From Coniocarpon cinnabarinum (lineage: Eukaryota): a stretch of 64,000 nucleotides of DNA. Made by a program: the position numbers and the translations under genes. The notes beneath the pieces are model-generated. The model was not told where the DNA came from, made no database searches, and saw nothing but the letters and a program-made list of their open reading frames with translations. The stretch lies in assembly GCA_051942205.1 (NCBI GenBank), contig JAVECO010000039.1, forward strand, positions 1 to 64,000, given 5' to 3'. Below are positions 12,464 to 24,400 of the stretch, one piece after another. Position 1 is the stretch's first letter. Each line of letters opens with the position of its first letter.

Positions 12464-13942
12464 TTACCCGTTCGTTTCGTCTTCGCCCACGTCCTGCAAT
12501 AGTCCATTCTTACCGCCTCTCCACGTACTGGCCAGACGTGCTCGGGCGTCCTCCTCCGGCCAGCCTCTTGCACTTCGCATCTTCACCAACTCTTGCCGAA
12601 CTCGATCAGCCACTTCGGTTCTGAGCTCCACTGCTTCTCGCCCATACTTGAGCCAGTCGTCTTCAACGACACCAAGCTCGTGCCAAATCACCTGAGTGTT
12701 CCCTTCCCGATCACGCTGTCGCTCTTTCCTTCTCCGCCTTTTGCTCTCCTCCACCAGCTCCCGCCATTTCCGCCTGTAGCCATCCCACACCGCCTCCGCC
12801 ACGACCTCACCGAAATCCACGCGCACGAGCTTTCCGGGCCTCGGCAGCGGCCTTGGCCAGTCCCTCTTTTCGCTCATGACATCTTGAAAGCCTTCGATCC
12901 ACACGGGCACGACGTCAGGACAAGGCTCAGCTTCCAGGATGAGGCGCGAGACGCCCCATCGGAAATATCGCATGGTCTGCGTCGGATGCTGGTGAATGCG
13001 GCCTTCAGGGAAGATGTGGATCCAGGCGTGGCGGCGTGAGGGGTGGTATGTTGGTGCAGGGAATGAGTCAGCGCCGGTGGTAGAGTAAGTGGGGTGGAGC
13101 GCAGGCGCTGCGGGATTTGAGAAGGGGTCGGCGAGGTCAAGGGGATCTGCGGGAGGCGTCGACATAGCAGAGCGGGGTGAAGCGAGGATTGATGACCGCA
13201 TTGGTGAGGAGACTAGCGTGTCGGGTCGTGCGAAGGGCTGTGAAGAGAGGAGGCGCACGGCTTCGGTCATGGTCGGTTGCCAGAGGCTGCCGTAGGGCGA
13301 GTGCTGGATGCGGTGGGTAGGGAGACATTGGCCGAGGGTGAAGAACGTGGATGTGAATCTGCGGAGTTGGTGAGCCCATGTGAATGCACCGCCGGCGGGC
13401 CGGTAATGTCCTACACGTTCTTGAACATCAAGTCATGGCTTCCCAGGCTCCAGCGATTGTCGTTGGGGCTCCATTGGTAGCGGAATGGCAGTGCGCCAAA
13501 CAGCAGGGGGTCGTCAATGCTACGGCCTCGAGTGAGTCGCTGATCTTTCAGGGTGCGGAGACATGGTCGGTAGACATACATACACACTCAAGTGATTCGA
13601 GACTTTTGCAGGGGTCAGCCGCTTCATGCCCAAGGTTGTTTCCATTTTCATAGACACACCAGTGATTAACCCTTTCTCTCGACCCTCAGTGTCCTTGCGC
13701 TCGTCCAATAAACGGAGGAATCGATCCAAGCCATTCACCTCGACCTTGTTCAGAGCTTTCAGGAAGATCCGCGAGGCTCCACCCGCAGCGCCCACGGTCA
13801 CCGTCGAACAAAGTCGCCATAGGAAAGACGGGGCGTAAGGCGGAATCTCAGGAGGCTGTACCGTTGGTTTCTGAGGCTGGGGTGGCGACGAGGGAGGGAC
13901 GGGGGCGGTCGTCGGTTGATCATTCGACCCTTGTCTGCTCAT
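12464..13942 (-). CDS. TAZ1: Tafazzin (cardiolipin transacylase); exons 13942-13660, 13602-13584, 13519-13415, 13358-12464
   Basis: Spliced product contains VSNHLSVIDDP (HxxxxD), WSLGSHD, FFTLGQCLPTHR and WIHIFPEGRIHQ..MRYFRWGVSRLILE. Confidence 0.95.
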
Positions 13943-14221
13943 GGCTTGCTCGGCCGCTTAGTCCTGGCCGAGGCTCTGACAATGTTTTCAAATCATTTCG
14001 GATCGTCCATGTGAGTGAGGAGTTTGTTTAGCGGGACCGCGAATTCTGGGGCCTTCAGTCGGAAAAAAGTACAGCCTCTGGCAGGGTGTGAGAAACGTGT
14101 ATGTCCACATCTTACACCACACGGCGGAAGAACATCCGAAGGAAACTTACTACCAAGTGGAATTCATCGTCCGACGCAGACCCCTCTATAGCAGACCACA
14201 CTAAATTCGTCAAATCGCAGA

Positions 14222-15070
14222 ATGAGCCTCAAACGACGCTCCCCAGAAACCGACACCCCACCCACCAAAAAAGCAAAGAAACCTCAACCCACACCCAAGT
14301 CTTCCCAGTCCAAAGGCGCAATCCCCTCCCAGAGCTCTGCAAAGCCCATCCGCCTCTCCTCCACGTCTCCCGCCCCTCCCGATTCCAACCAAGACCCTGT
14401 AACAGCGCCATCTCCTCCACAATCCGCCGCGGTCTCCGAACATAGCGATGACTCCGACGACGCACCAGAGGACATCACCACCTCTGCGGCTACGACCGCC
14501 GCTAAGTCAGCAGCTGCGTCGCGGAGTCGGGCACAGGAACAGGAACGCGAGGAGCGAAGACGACAAAGGAGGGAGAGAGACGCGAGGTTGAAGGCGCAGG
14601 CTGGGACGAAGCCCAAGAAACGACAAACAGATTCCACCGCCGACGCGGCTACAGATTCTACGAAGCCACGAAGCAGACAAAAGGATGAGACTCAACCCGA
14701 GGATCTGGACGAGGACGAAGACGAAGAGACGGACGAGGCGGGCGCCAAAATCCCCAATCTCCTCCCGGAATCCCTCCTCAACGATCCCACCCTCTTCGCC
14801 CGTCCACCAACACCCGAAACCGACCTCAAGCCGTCTCACAAAGCGAAATCAAGCACCAAGAATCATCGGACGAGAAGAAACAAAGTCGTCAAGTTAGACG
14901 TACCCGACAAGACACCCAAAGATGTCGTCAAAAACAGGGTAAGATACAGTGTCCTACCTGAAGTAAGCAAGGTCTTGCCTCCGAAGAGTGGGAGGACCGC
15001 ACGAAATATGAGGGCGCAGTGGCTTTTTCAGGGACGGGAGTGGGCGAGGGGACGGCGGTCGGGTGTTTAG
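14222..15070 (+). CDS. U3 snoRNA-associated protein (Utp16/Bud21-like)
   Basis: Basic/acidic low-complexity protein with SDDAPE, then IPNLLPESLL..RPPTP and PKDVVK..V..SVL...LPPK, recalled as typical of this fungal family; divergent from TAZ1. Confidence 0.6.
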   Translation: MSLKRRSPETDTPPTKKAKKPQPTPKSSQSKGAIPSQSSAKPIRLSSTSPAPPDSNQDPVTAPSPPQSAAVSEHSDDSDDAPEDITTSAATTAAKSAAASRSRAQEQEREERRRQRRERDARLKAQAGTKPKKRQTDSTADAATDSTKPRSRQKDETQPEDLDEDEDEETDEAGAKIPNLLPESLLNDPTLFARPPTPETDLKPSHKAKSSTKNHRTRRNKVVKLDVPDKTPKDVVKNRVRYSVLPEVSKVLPPKSGRTARNMRAQWLFQGREWARGRRSGV

Positions 15071-15768
15071 CTCTGCGGGAAAGTGATTGCGAGTGAGTGT
15101 GTGAGTGTTGAGTGAAGTGAGTGGCGATGTAGCGACGGGATGAATAGGGTGAGACTAAGATGTGCAACTGCCGAATTTGATAGATTCGGTCCTGTAGCCG
15201 CGCGGCTCCTGTTCAAATGATGAATACTTCAGCCTTTCGAGGGAGGACTTTAGAAGCCTTGAGCTTTCGAGACAATGAAGCTTCATCGTGGCGAAGTGAC
15301 ATTCTAGCCTTCCTTCGGCATCACTAGGCCTCTACATTTGCTAAAGTCGTCAACAAGTCTGAACTTCTCGTAGGTAATAAGGTCTGAGTTTTGCTGCTTC
15401 GCCGGCGCGTATGTAATAGTCGAGTAAACACACATGCAACAATATACTATCTATTAGGTACAAGGGACCGGCAACAGATGAACATATCTCAAAAACGTTA
15501 TTCGAGGTGTTGTATCTGCTATTCCGCAGCATTGCAAGACTGAAGCTATTACGCATAATAAGGTGTCACACATATTCTCTACACAAAACAGGATTCTCTT
15601 AACACCCATCATGAATACGTCTACACAACCGCTGCAAGAGCGCGTTTGAGCGATGCAGTCCTCACTCAATCAATGATTCCCCAGAAAACCGCTGCTCCTC
15701 CGTATCAAAACCCCGCGCGTTCAAAATCCCTCGATCAAATCCTCGGCTTCTTTGCCCCATCATCGCCA

Positions 15769-15806
15769 ACTCAACTACATCTCCTCAACTACATCTCCTC
15801 AACTCC
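15769..15806. repeat. Short tandem repeat, 14-bp unit CTCAACTACATCTC x2.5
   Basis: Read directly: ctcaactacatctc ctcaactacatctc ctcaact. Confidence 0.8.
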
Positions 15807-16090
15807 TCACCACATTGGTCCGTGATTCTCCCACAACCGCCTTAATCTCGAACTTGTTCTCTCCTTGAACATGAGAACAACACCCCGACTGATGCGATAT
15901 CGACGTGACCAGCGAATGTCATTCGCTCCGCATCGGCCTCGGCTAGAAGATCCGAGGCGCCGTGAGTAAGTTCGGAACCTCATTCAGAAACGTGGACGCG
16001 ATGTCATAATAGCGCAGTTATGAAACGTATTCATGAAACGTGATTTTGAACAAACGTACTGATTTGCGATGAGATTGCACGGTCTAACTC

Positions 16091-16260
16091 GAGATCAAGA
16101 TCAAACGTGGAGATCAAGGTCAAACGTGGAGATCAAGGTCAAACGTGGAGATCAAGGTCAAACGTCGAGATCAAGATCAAACGTCGAGATCAAGATCAAA
16201 CGTCGAGATCAAGATCAAACTTCGGGATCAAGGTCAAACGTCGAGACTAAGGTTAAACAG
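16091..16260. repeat. Minisatellite, 19-bp unit GAGATCAAGRTCAAACGTS, 8 full copies plus 1 degenerate copy
   Basis: Units start at 16091, 16110, 16129, 16148, 16167, 16186, 16205, 16224 and 16243. Confidence 0.97.
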
Positions 16261-17348
16261 ATTGCCGTAAACGTCGAGAACAGCGGATCCCCAAATCGAG
16301 CGTTGGCGATGAGACTACGTAAACGTCGCAGAGCGCAGATTCCTTGATCGTAAATCATACTCTCGACGCCAAGAATAGGATGAGACATTCTTATTAACAC
16401 TTGAAAGCGCGCAGAAATGGGTTAAGACGAGGCATGTGAGCGGAAACGATGATGAGGATATGAGGTGATGAGCTTTTGACTGGGTTGATGGCTGGTTTGA
16501 GCAGGCCTGGGGGGGGCGGCGAAGTAAGGTGAATTAGGGGGAAATAGGGTCAACTGAGGGGAAATAGGGTGAACTGGGCGGATGGGGAGAGTGATGAGAT
16601 GCATCGAGGGATGAAGACAATGCTGTAGAGAGGATCTCATCCAGTGACATTCACAAGCTTGTTTCATGAAACGAGCCAGCTTTCGAACGTTTGAGGACAC
16701 TTGATGAGACCCCTCTCTAAACGCTTGACGCGTCGCTTGCGTGCTTGTTGAATACATAAATTAAGGTACAAGTGGTCATTAAAATGGTAGCTTGGTCTTT
16801 GATGTCATAACAGATTTTAGCACAGGCGCTTTAAGGCGCCCAAGTCGCTGACGATGGTTTCAGTTGCACCGCTGTAGGCGATAGGGTAGTCTCGGCTGTC
16901 CCGGGTAGACTTTCTTTCTCGTCAGAAACTATTCGGTGGGTTTTACGACTTATTCATTCTCGAAAGCTCCCGCTGGGCTTACTGATGCTGTTGTGTGTTC
17001 ATTGACTGCTTTCTGTCGAGTCGCATAGGATCGGCAAGGCTTTGACGATGGCTGCCATTGACTGGATGTCTATTCGAGCCGTGAAAATGAAAGTCATTGT
17101 TCATCGAGGTAATTAGAGGCCAGAGGGTATCTTGAAGTAGTGGAAGCGGGTATGTAGGTCGACATTCCGGCTGGGAGACAAGTCGCAGTGGTGAGCTTTG
17201 CCTTACTCTAGGAGCACAGAGGCCATGTCGAGCAATGAGGGCTGCTCTCAACATTGCTGATGTAAGCCAGCATCAGTTCTTGATAGTATTGGAATGTCCA
17301 ATGGCGGCCCTCTTGGTCATATTACTAAAGTCATTGTGTTTTTCGTGC

Positions 17349-20300
17349 TCATTCATTTATGTTCATGTGTCCGAGATCTTCAACTGTCCCAAGCAGACCA
17401 AAGCCCCAAAGCAGCCGTGAGTCCGCTTGATGGTGCAATAATCTCCGATCACTCGCATCAACGGGATGGCCACCTGGTAGTTGGACATACCTTCCACTGG
17501 AGCGTTGATCGACGGAGAAGAAGTCTTGAGCGATTCTTTGCCAGGGTGCGCCTCGACCCATCTCATAAGCTCTGACCCAGGACGTCTCGCAACCATTGGC
17601 ACACGTTTCTGCCGTTGACCACCCCGTCTGCTTTGCAACATCAAGGAGGTGTCCAACCGTCCAGCGGCGCTGGTCAGAATCTTGATACTGTACACCTGCG
17701 AAAAACAGAGGAACGACGGAGCCAGTGATTGCACCCCGGTAACGGAAATATGTCCTCGCCTGCATACCCGGTGATGTGAAGCTGGATGCAATGCGGCCGA
17801 TCTCATTTGCGTAAATCGCCGTCTCCCGAGCTGAGACGCCAGTTGCAATCACCGCCGCTGCAGGCTTGAAAGGGTGCGCCCGAATAAGCACGAGCAGGGC
17901 AGTGTAGTACATAAGCCACAACGCGGCGATTTCGAAGCTGCGGAAATGACAAGAGCGTCCGAACGGGGTTTGAAAGGAAGGATGGGCGTCTTCGCTTAGT
18001 GGTTGAAACTCTGGTCCGAGCCTCTGCATGAATACCTCACACGCATGTCGAATGTCGTTCCATTCTGCAAGCGCCTCGGAAGTCAGGGCTTCGACCTGCG
18101 CCGTCGTAGAGTGCATGTGCCTGTCGTTTGAGACAGTCCCGATGACTGCATTGCCGTAAGCGGAATGCCCTTGCGGCTGGCCTCTGCTTGGTGCCATGCC
18201 GTAGAAAGGTGGAGACGGTGTTCCAGGTGTAGGCGGAACATTCACGGACGCTCCTGGTGGAGGAGGCGTCTTCGCTTTAGCTGCTCTTATTTTCCTGGGC
18301 CGATCGTTCGCAGAGAAAGTCGCAATACGGCCCATTAAGAGAATGACATGATCGTTGGATCCGAAAACGGCCTCTGGATCACCTATAGGCGCTCGCGGTG
18401 GGCAGTCAGCCCATTGATGGTACGGCAATCTATGCGGAAGTCAGCAGGAACGAACTGGAAAAGGATCTGTGTGGGCCTACAAAAGATCGTTGCCACTAAT
18501 GATGGAATGATACACATCCTGCTTGGCATACCACCAGAACAGGTCCTGGAATGTAGCGTAATTGTTGAGGTCTGCATGTGTATATCGATCTCTCGATGCC
18601 GAGTCGGGACTGTGGCCAACCTTAAAACCCATCAACGTCTCCACGAGTGGCTCGTCCGTATCAGGAATATCAGCGAGCGGCTCAGCGAGACTTGCGCCGA
18701 ATGAAGCTTCTGACCGATAATCGGATCTCATCTGCCGCCTCCGACGAATTTCACGTGTCATGCCTCTGAAGTTGGCCTCCCCTATAAGATGCCGAGCACC
18801 GGACAGGTGAGTGCTCCATCTCATGTGATCTGCGGTCAGTATCTCATAGAAACCCAAGAGCAGAGTTGCTGCAAGTGTCGTCACTGAGTGCCGCGTCTTT
18901 GGAGAATCAAGAGCTCGGTGCACTCGCTTCAGAGACCAGACGTGATGCTTGACTGAAGATGTTGTACTCGCATTGTTCGTCTTGGCGATCTCGTAGCTCG
19001 ATTGTGCCAACATAGCATGCAACAATCCCGGATCTTGCATCGCTAGGCTCGGTAGAACGTCCATCCAACAGCTCATCGGCGACCCGGACATCCCAATTGG
19101 GGGCTTTATCGCATGGGCCCAGGCAGCTGGACGCTCACAGATGGACAACGCTGGGGCAGTGTGCCAGATGAAATGCCTGAAGACGGATTGGGTAGCTTGG
19201 TTCTTGAGCGGCGATGCAGCTTGCGATTCGTTGTAAAAGGCCAGGTTTGTATGGTATCCTGGCATTGATCTAGTTGTTAGCACCGACGTTGATGGATGGG
19301 TGTATGACCCGGAGGAACGCGACCTGCTGGGAGATACGTACGCCTCCTCTTCTGGCAGGACGTCGTAGTAATCGTCGTCCTCGATCTCGACCGCTGCCAA
19401 GTCGAGCATATCAGTATGGTCTGGACGGAGGTACCACGAGCCTTGACCTGTACTTGGTGCCGCCTTCGTCGTTGTGGCGCCTGCAGAAGTCCCAGTAAAT
19501 TGTGACTCGGGGTAGGTTGCACTGATATTCGGCGTAGGCAACGGCCTCTCAAATGAGGTGCCTCGCGGGAGTGCAGGAAGCGGCGTCACCAACTGGTTGT
19601 TGTACACAGAAGGGAATGCTTCAGAGGACACTGACGAGCTCCATTGTTGCGGGGTCTGAGTCTCGCTATGGCTGGGCCAGGTCGTGTTCATTGGGGGTCC
19701 CAAGGCAATACCAGAGCCTGCTCTTGGGTGCGGCGGCGCGGCATATTGAGGCGGCCGCTGCGCGGTTGAGAAGGCCTGTCCAGCATACTGAACTGAGGAC
19801 GGCCATGACTGAACACCAGTGGTCGTGGTCGTGGTCGTGATCGTGGGATTAGATGCATAAGTCCCGAAGGGCTCTGTTTGCGACGAGGGTCCACCGGGCA
19901 GGGAGTGATGTGGTTGAATCAAGGATACCTGGCCCATCAGAGATGGCGTGGGCGGAGTCAGTAGGGAACTGAATCCCGTATGCACTCCCTGTGGAAACGG
20001 CTGCTGAGGAAGTGCCGTCGAACCTGGAGCGAAGCCTGCCGAATCTAGCTCTGTAGCAAACTCAGGAAGAATGGCTTCACCTAGAGTGGGGTAATCTTTG
20101 AAGACGTAACGGGCATTGTAGTCACAATCCCGTTTTGATTTGATACAGTTGAAGCAACTGGGTTTCTGTAGAGTGATTAGTCTTGCTTAAAGGTAGAGAT
20201 TAAGAGCTAGAGGGCCTGCGCACCTGCTCGCCGCACTTGATTCTGCGCTTGCGACAAGTGAGACAGCCAGTTTTGACGCGTTTGCGTAGAAGTTTGCCAG

Positions 20301-20454
20301 ATCGATTGGTCCGGGGAGCATCTTGGCCGCTAGTTGCATTCGGGGCGGACGCACGTGAGCTAGGTAGAAGATTTGTTGCCATGCCCTGGGAGAAAAGAGA
20401 ATTACTAATTTCTTCTCTTTTGACTTGACTTTGGATGATGGACGGGCCTTCCAT
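17349..20454 (-). CDS. Zn(II)2Cys6 transcription factor with fungal-specific TF domain; introns 20223-20166 and 18480-18430
   Basis: Spliced RKRVKTGCLTCRKRRIKCGEQ|KPSCFNCIKSKRDC (six-Cys binuclear cluster), followed by a middle homology region (LLHAMLA..S, TLAATLLLGFYE, W..HLSGA). Confidence 0.93.
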
Positions 20455-22662
20455 CCATGGTCACATTTGACGGAATCGCAGGAATAGACCAGGGATGCCC
20501 TGGGTTAATGCAGAAGAATGAGAATCCAATCAGCGGTCGACGGCTGGCTGGTTTCCCACGTGGAAGGCGTCACGCGTGCGAGGTGAGGAGGGAAGAGTCG
20601 TAGCGCCGTGGATGGGTAATTTGAGGCGGCGGACGCAGTACAAGAGCAGTACGAGCCTTGGAGTTACGTGTGCGGTCCTGTCCAAGCTCCGAATGCTATC
20701 GGTACAGGACGCAGGCAACGGGCCGCAGAATCAATCAGTATCGTATAGGTGAAGATAGGTACGTGCGTTTTGCCGACCAGGATCCACCTTGCCGGGCCAA
20801 TATTGGAGGCGGACCAGTGCGCAGGAGAAGACGGTGAAAGCAGGCGTCGAACTGACGAACATGATCCAGTCAGCTCCCAGCGGTGCCAGCGGGCGGCCTG
20901 AGTAAGCGCTGTAAGTGAGTCCAGGGAGAAGGGCGACGACGAGGCTGCGGGAAGGAGGAGGCCGGACAGGCAGCGCAGGGTCGGGAGCGCGTAGGTGAAA
21001 AACGCACAAGAGAAGAGAGAAAGAGGTGGAGCCGCACTCGCAGTATGGCGAGCGGCGAGAGGGCGTGGACGATTGGGCAGAAGGGATGGAGTGGGAGAGG
21101 CAGCGGGAATGGGTTTAGTGTGCTGCAGCGTGAGCAATAGAGAGCGGACAGATGAGGTGATGCCAAAGATGCTGCAGAAGGACCATGTAGTAGCTTAGTA
21201 CTGCGTCCTGCGTCCTGCGCACTGCACTGACTGGCTGGCTGGCGGGCTGGAGGGCTGGAGGGCCGAAGGAAACGCGTGCCGGCGTGCAGCGAAAGGGACG
21301 AGGAGACGGAGACAGCGGCGGGCGGGGACAGGAGCTCCTCACTGCAGTCAGAGTGCACAAGTAGGAGAGGTAAGCAGTGACCGCCAGGCAGCTGGGGTCC
21401 CGTCGTCAAGAATAATAAGAAAGTGACGAGCGTCAGAAGACGCCAAGAAAGCTACCAAGAGAGGACGAGATGGAGGGAGGGAGGGACAGCATCGGTCAGT
21501 GTCAGTGTGAGTGTGGCGGCCCACGAGTCCGTGTCCCACCGCCGCGTGCGTGGCGTCGCCCCATCCTCGTCCTCTGTTGCTCTTCTCTCTCTCTCTATGC
21601 ACATTACTGCTCCAGCTATCAACTGTACCACCTGCACGCTAGCGTCGCCCGGGAAGCTCGGGGGCAACATTTGTCACCCGTCGACACTGCTGCATCAGAC
21701 ACAGGGCAGAGAATGTAACAGAAGTGTCGATCGTTGCATCTGGCGCCCCGACCTAGCGATGCGATGAACCTCCGCTGACGATCGCCCTCAAGCCGGCCTG
21801 CAGGACAAAGACTCACCTCCCCAGGTGCAGAGTGTACAAACACACAACAGGCGCTACCTGCCCTGTCCTGAGTCTGGCACGCTTGCCTACCTACCTAACG
21901 GCTGCACCTATTCCGCACCTCTCACCCACCTACCCACTCAGTGTCAGTGCAGCTCTCTCGGAGCCTGTGGTGCCACGCGGCTTCTCCAACGCCTGTCAAG
22001 GTTTCCATCACCTTGGACAGCTGGACCGAGCTAGGGGACCGTTGACTGGCTACCTTACGGAGGACCTCAGTAGGGAGATGGGTAGGGCTGCATGCACGCA
22101 GATGCACTTCAGCTGAACATGCATCCGCTGCATCGTCCAACCTCGACGCACTGACATGACAAGCGGGTTCAGCGCTGAATTGCGCTCGTGCGTGATGAGG
22201 CTCCTCAGCTCACGCCAATACCGGCCGGCGCCGCCCTCTGACAACGATGCGCACACACACCCCTGTCAGCGGGTGGCTTCAATAAAAGCCAGAGCCGTTC
22301 CCCTGCGGATTTGTGCCCCCAACGTAAATCTAGATAAGCTGCAGACGTTCCCGGCCGGCGGGTAGCGTCCACTGTGTCCTCCGTCATCATGTCCGGGCTT
22401 GGCGTCGCTGATTGGCCGGTCGCCGTGCCTATTTGCGGAAATAATTTACTCGCGTGCAGACTGAGGGCAGAGTAGCCGACCAGGCGACTGCTCGGATGGT
22501 TTGCGTTCGTCGAACACGTACACAAAGAGGAATATGACGCGCGAGGCCGGCGCTGCTACGAATGTCACCATCCAACGCCACAGCTCCCCCGAGTCGTCGA
22601 GTTGACGCAGAATCGCGTGAAGCAATGCAACTCCCGCCTGCTCCGCGCCCGCCGATCAACGT

Positions 22663-24400
22663 TCATACCGTGCCCCAGCCCAGAGCCGAGTTCTTGTCAT
22701 CCCAGTAGCTCCGACTCGCCCGATACAGCCCTCGCCCGTTTTCCTCCTCGAACATCTCCCGTATCCTCTGCCGGCGCTTCTCACTGCGCGGCTGCATGTC
22801 AAACACAAATGGCTTCGGTTTGGCAATGAGCAGTTCCGTGTAGGTCATCTCTGGCACCGGTATCTCGAGCCCCGTCTGTGGATTGACCGCCTTGCGTATG
22901 TCGAACCCCCAGGCTATCGCGCCAATGCCGCAGAACAGATCCGCCTCGGTGACTTCTTGCCCTTGGCAAGTGCGTCGTCCATATCCAAATTGAGAGTATC
23001 CACAGATGGTCGGATACTTGGACAGCGGCTCCTGGTAGGTAGGGTAACTCGGGTCCACCCAGCGGTCTGGGTTGTACGCATCCGGCATCGGATATTTCTT
23101 GGGATTTCGTGACATGCCCCATTCAAATGGGTGCATGACAGACTTCGCAGGGATGTGATAGCCGTTGTACACGTCGTCCTGGGTCAGTTCATGTGGGATG
23201 CCGGTCGGGACGGGGGGCCGCCATCGTAGTGACTCTCGGATGCATGCGCGCAGGTAGGGCATCTTGTCCAAATCCGCATACGTCGGTGGTGAATCTCCGC
23301 ACACGCGATCGATCTCTTCCTGAAGCTTTGTCAACGTGCTGGGATAGTGACATATTGCGAGACAGAAGCCTTGCATGGGAGCGGCAATGGTAAGTGCGCC
23401 AGCGATGCCATGCATGCCAACCGCATAAGCCCCCTCCAGGTCATCGCGAAAGCCCCAGGATGCTTTCATGTCGAGAAACATCTTCATCCAGGATGGCGAG
23501 GCTTTCTTCTGCTCGACCTCGGCGCGGACTTGATCTTGCATGGTTTCGAAAAAGACTCTCTCTGTCGCCGCCCGTTTCCGCTCCCAAGCCTTTGAGGGCA
23601 CGAGGCTGTCCGGCAGCGACATGACGAAAGGAAGCTTGTTTCCCAAGGCCCCAGTGGGCGAAACGCCAATGAGAAGCTCGCGAGCTCGCTGCTTCAACTC
23701 ATCGCTGGCTTCTGCAGCGCCCCAAGCAAGCCGGCACGTCACCCGTGCAATGAACGATTCGAGGTGAACATTGTACCTATTAGGTGTTTCGAGCAGCTCT
23801 TGCATTAAACGTTTGGCCTCCAGTTCTGGATAGCCGTAGAAGGCAGCGTTCTGGGATGTGGCCATGATCGACTTCGCGAATTTTCGTTGTCTTTGCCATA
23901 AGTCTACCGCGTGTTAGATGTAGACATCCCACGGTGGGTGTTGTTACGCGCATACCGTTTTTGCTCATAAGTGGCAGATATTGTCCGCTGGTGCGGTTGT
24001 CTGACAAGAGTGCAGGTATGTGAGGTCGATCCGAATAGATTGCGCCGCGTCGTGACAGCAAATCGTGCGCAATCTTTTCGTCCGAGATCCATACATGATT
24101 GCTGCCACCAAGATTGACTGTATAGATATCGCCATACTGTTGAGCCCACTTCTGAAAGCTCATCCACGGATTATCTGGCAGAAGTTCATGAACGGATCCG
24201 AGTAATGGGAGGCCTGGACCGCATCAGTAACATCTCCAATGCATTTTATTCTGTGACGGAGAAGAAAGAGCTTTACCCTTTGGCCCGGGGAGTTTTCCGG
24301 TACCTGGTGGCAAAGCATCTTGATTTGATGTGCGCGAGAGGTGCCAGATCGCAAAAGCAACGCCCGCAAAGAAAGAGAAGACTATTATTGTGACAAGCAT
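22663..24400 (-). CDS. Cytochrome P450 monooxygenase; introns 24276-24214 and 23955-23904
   Basis: N-terminal membrane anchor, LPGPKGLPLLGS, ExxR (ESLR), PERF-like PDRW and heme motif FGYGRRTCQG. Confidence 0.95.

Noticed and set aside
16091..16260. CRISPR array
   Set aside because: The units are head-to-tail with no unique spacers, there are no cas genes, and the DNA is eukaryotic.
16069..16347. 92-aa ORF across the minisatellite
   Set aside because: The 19-bp period cycles through frames; openness follows from the repeat's lack of stops.
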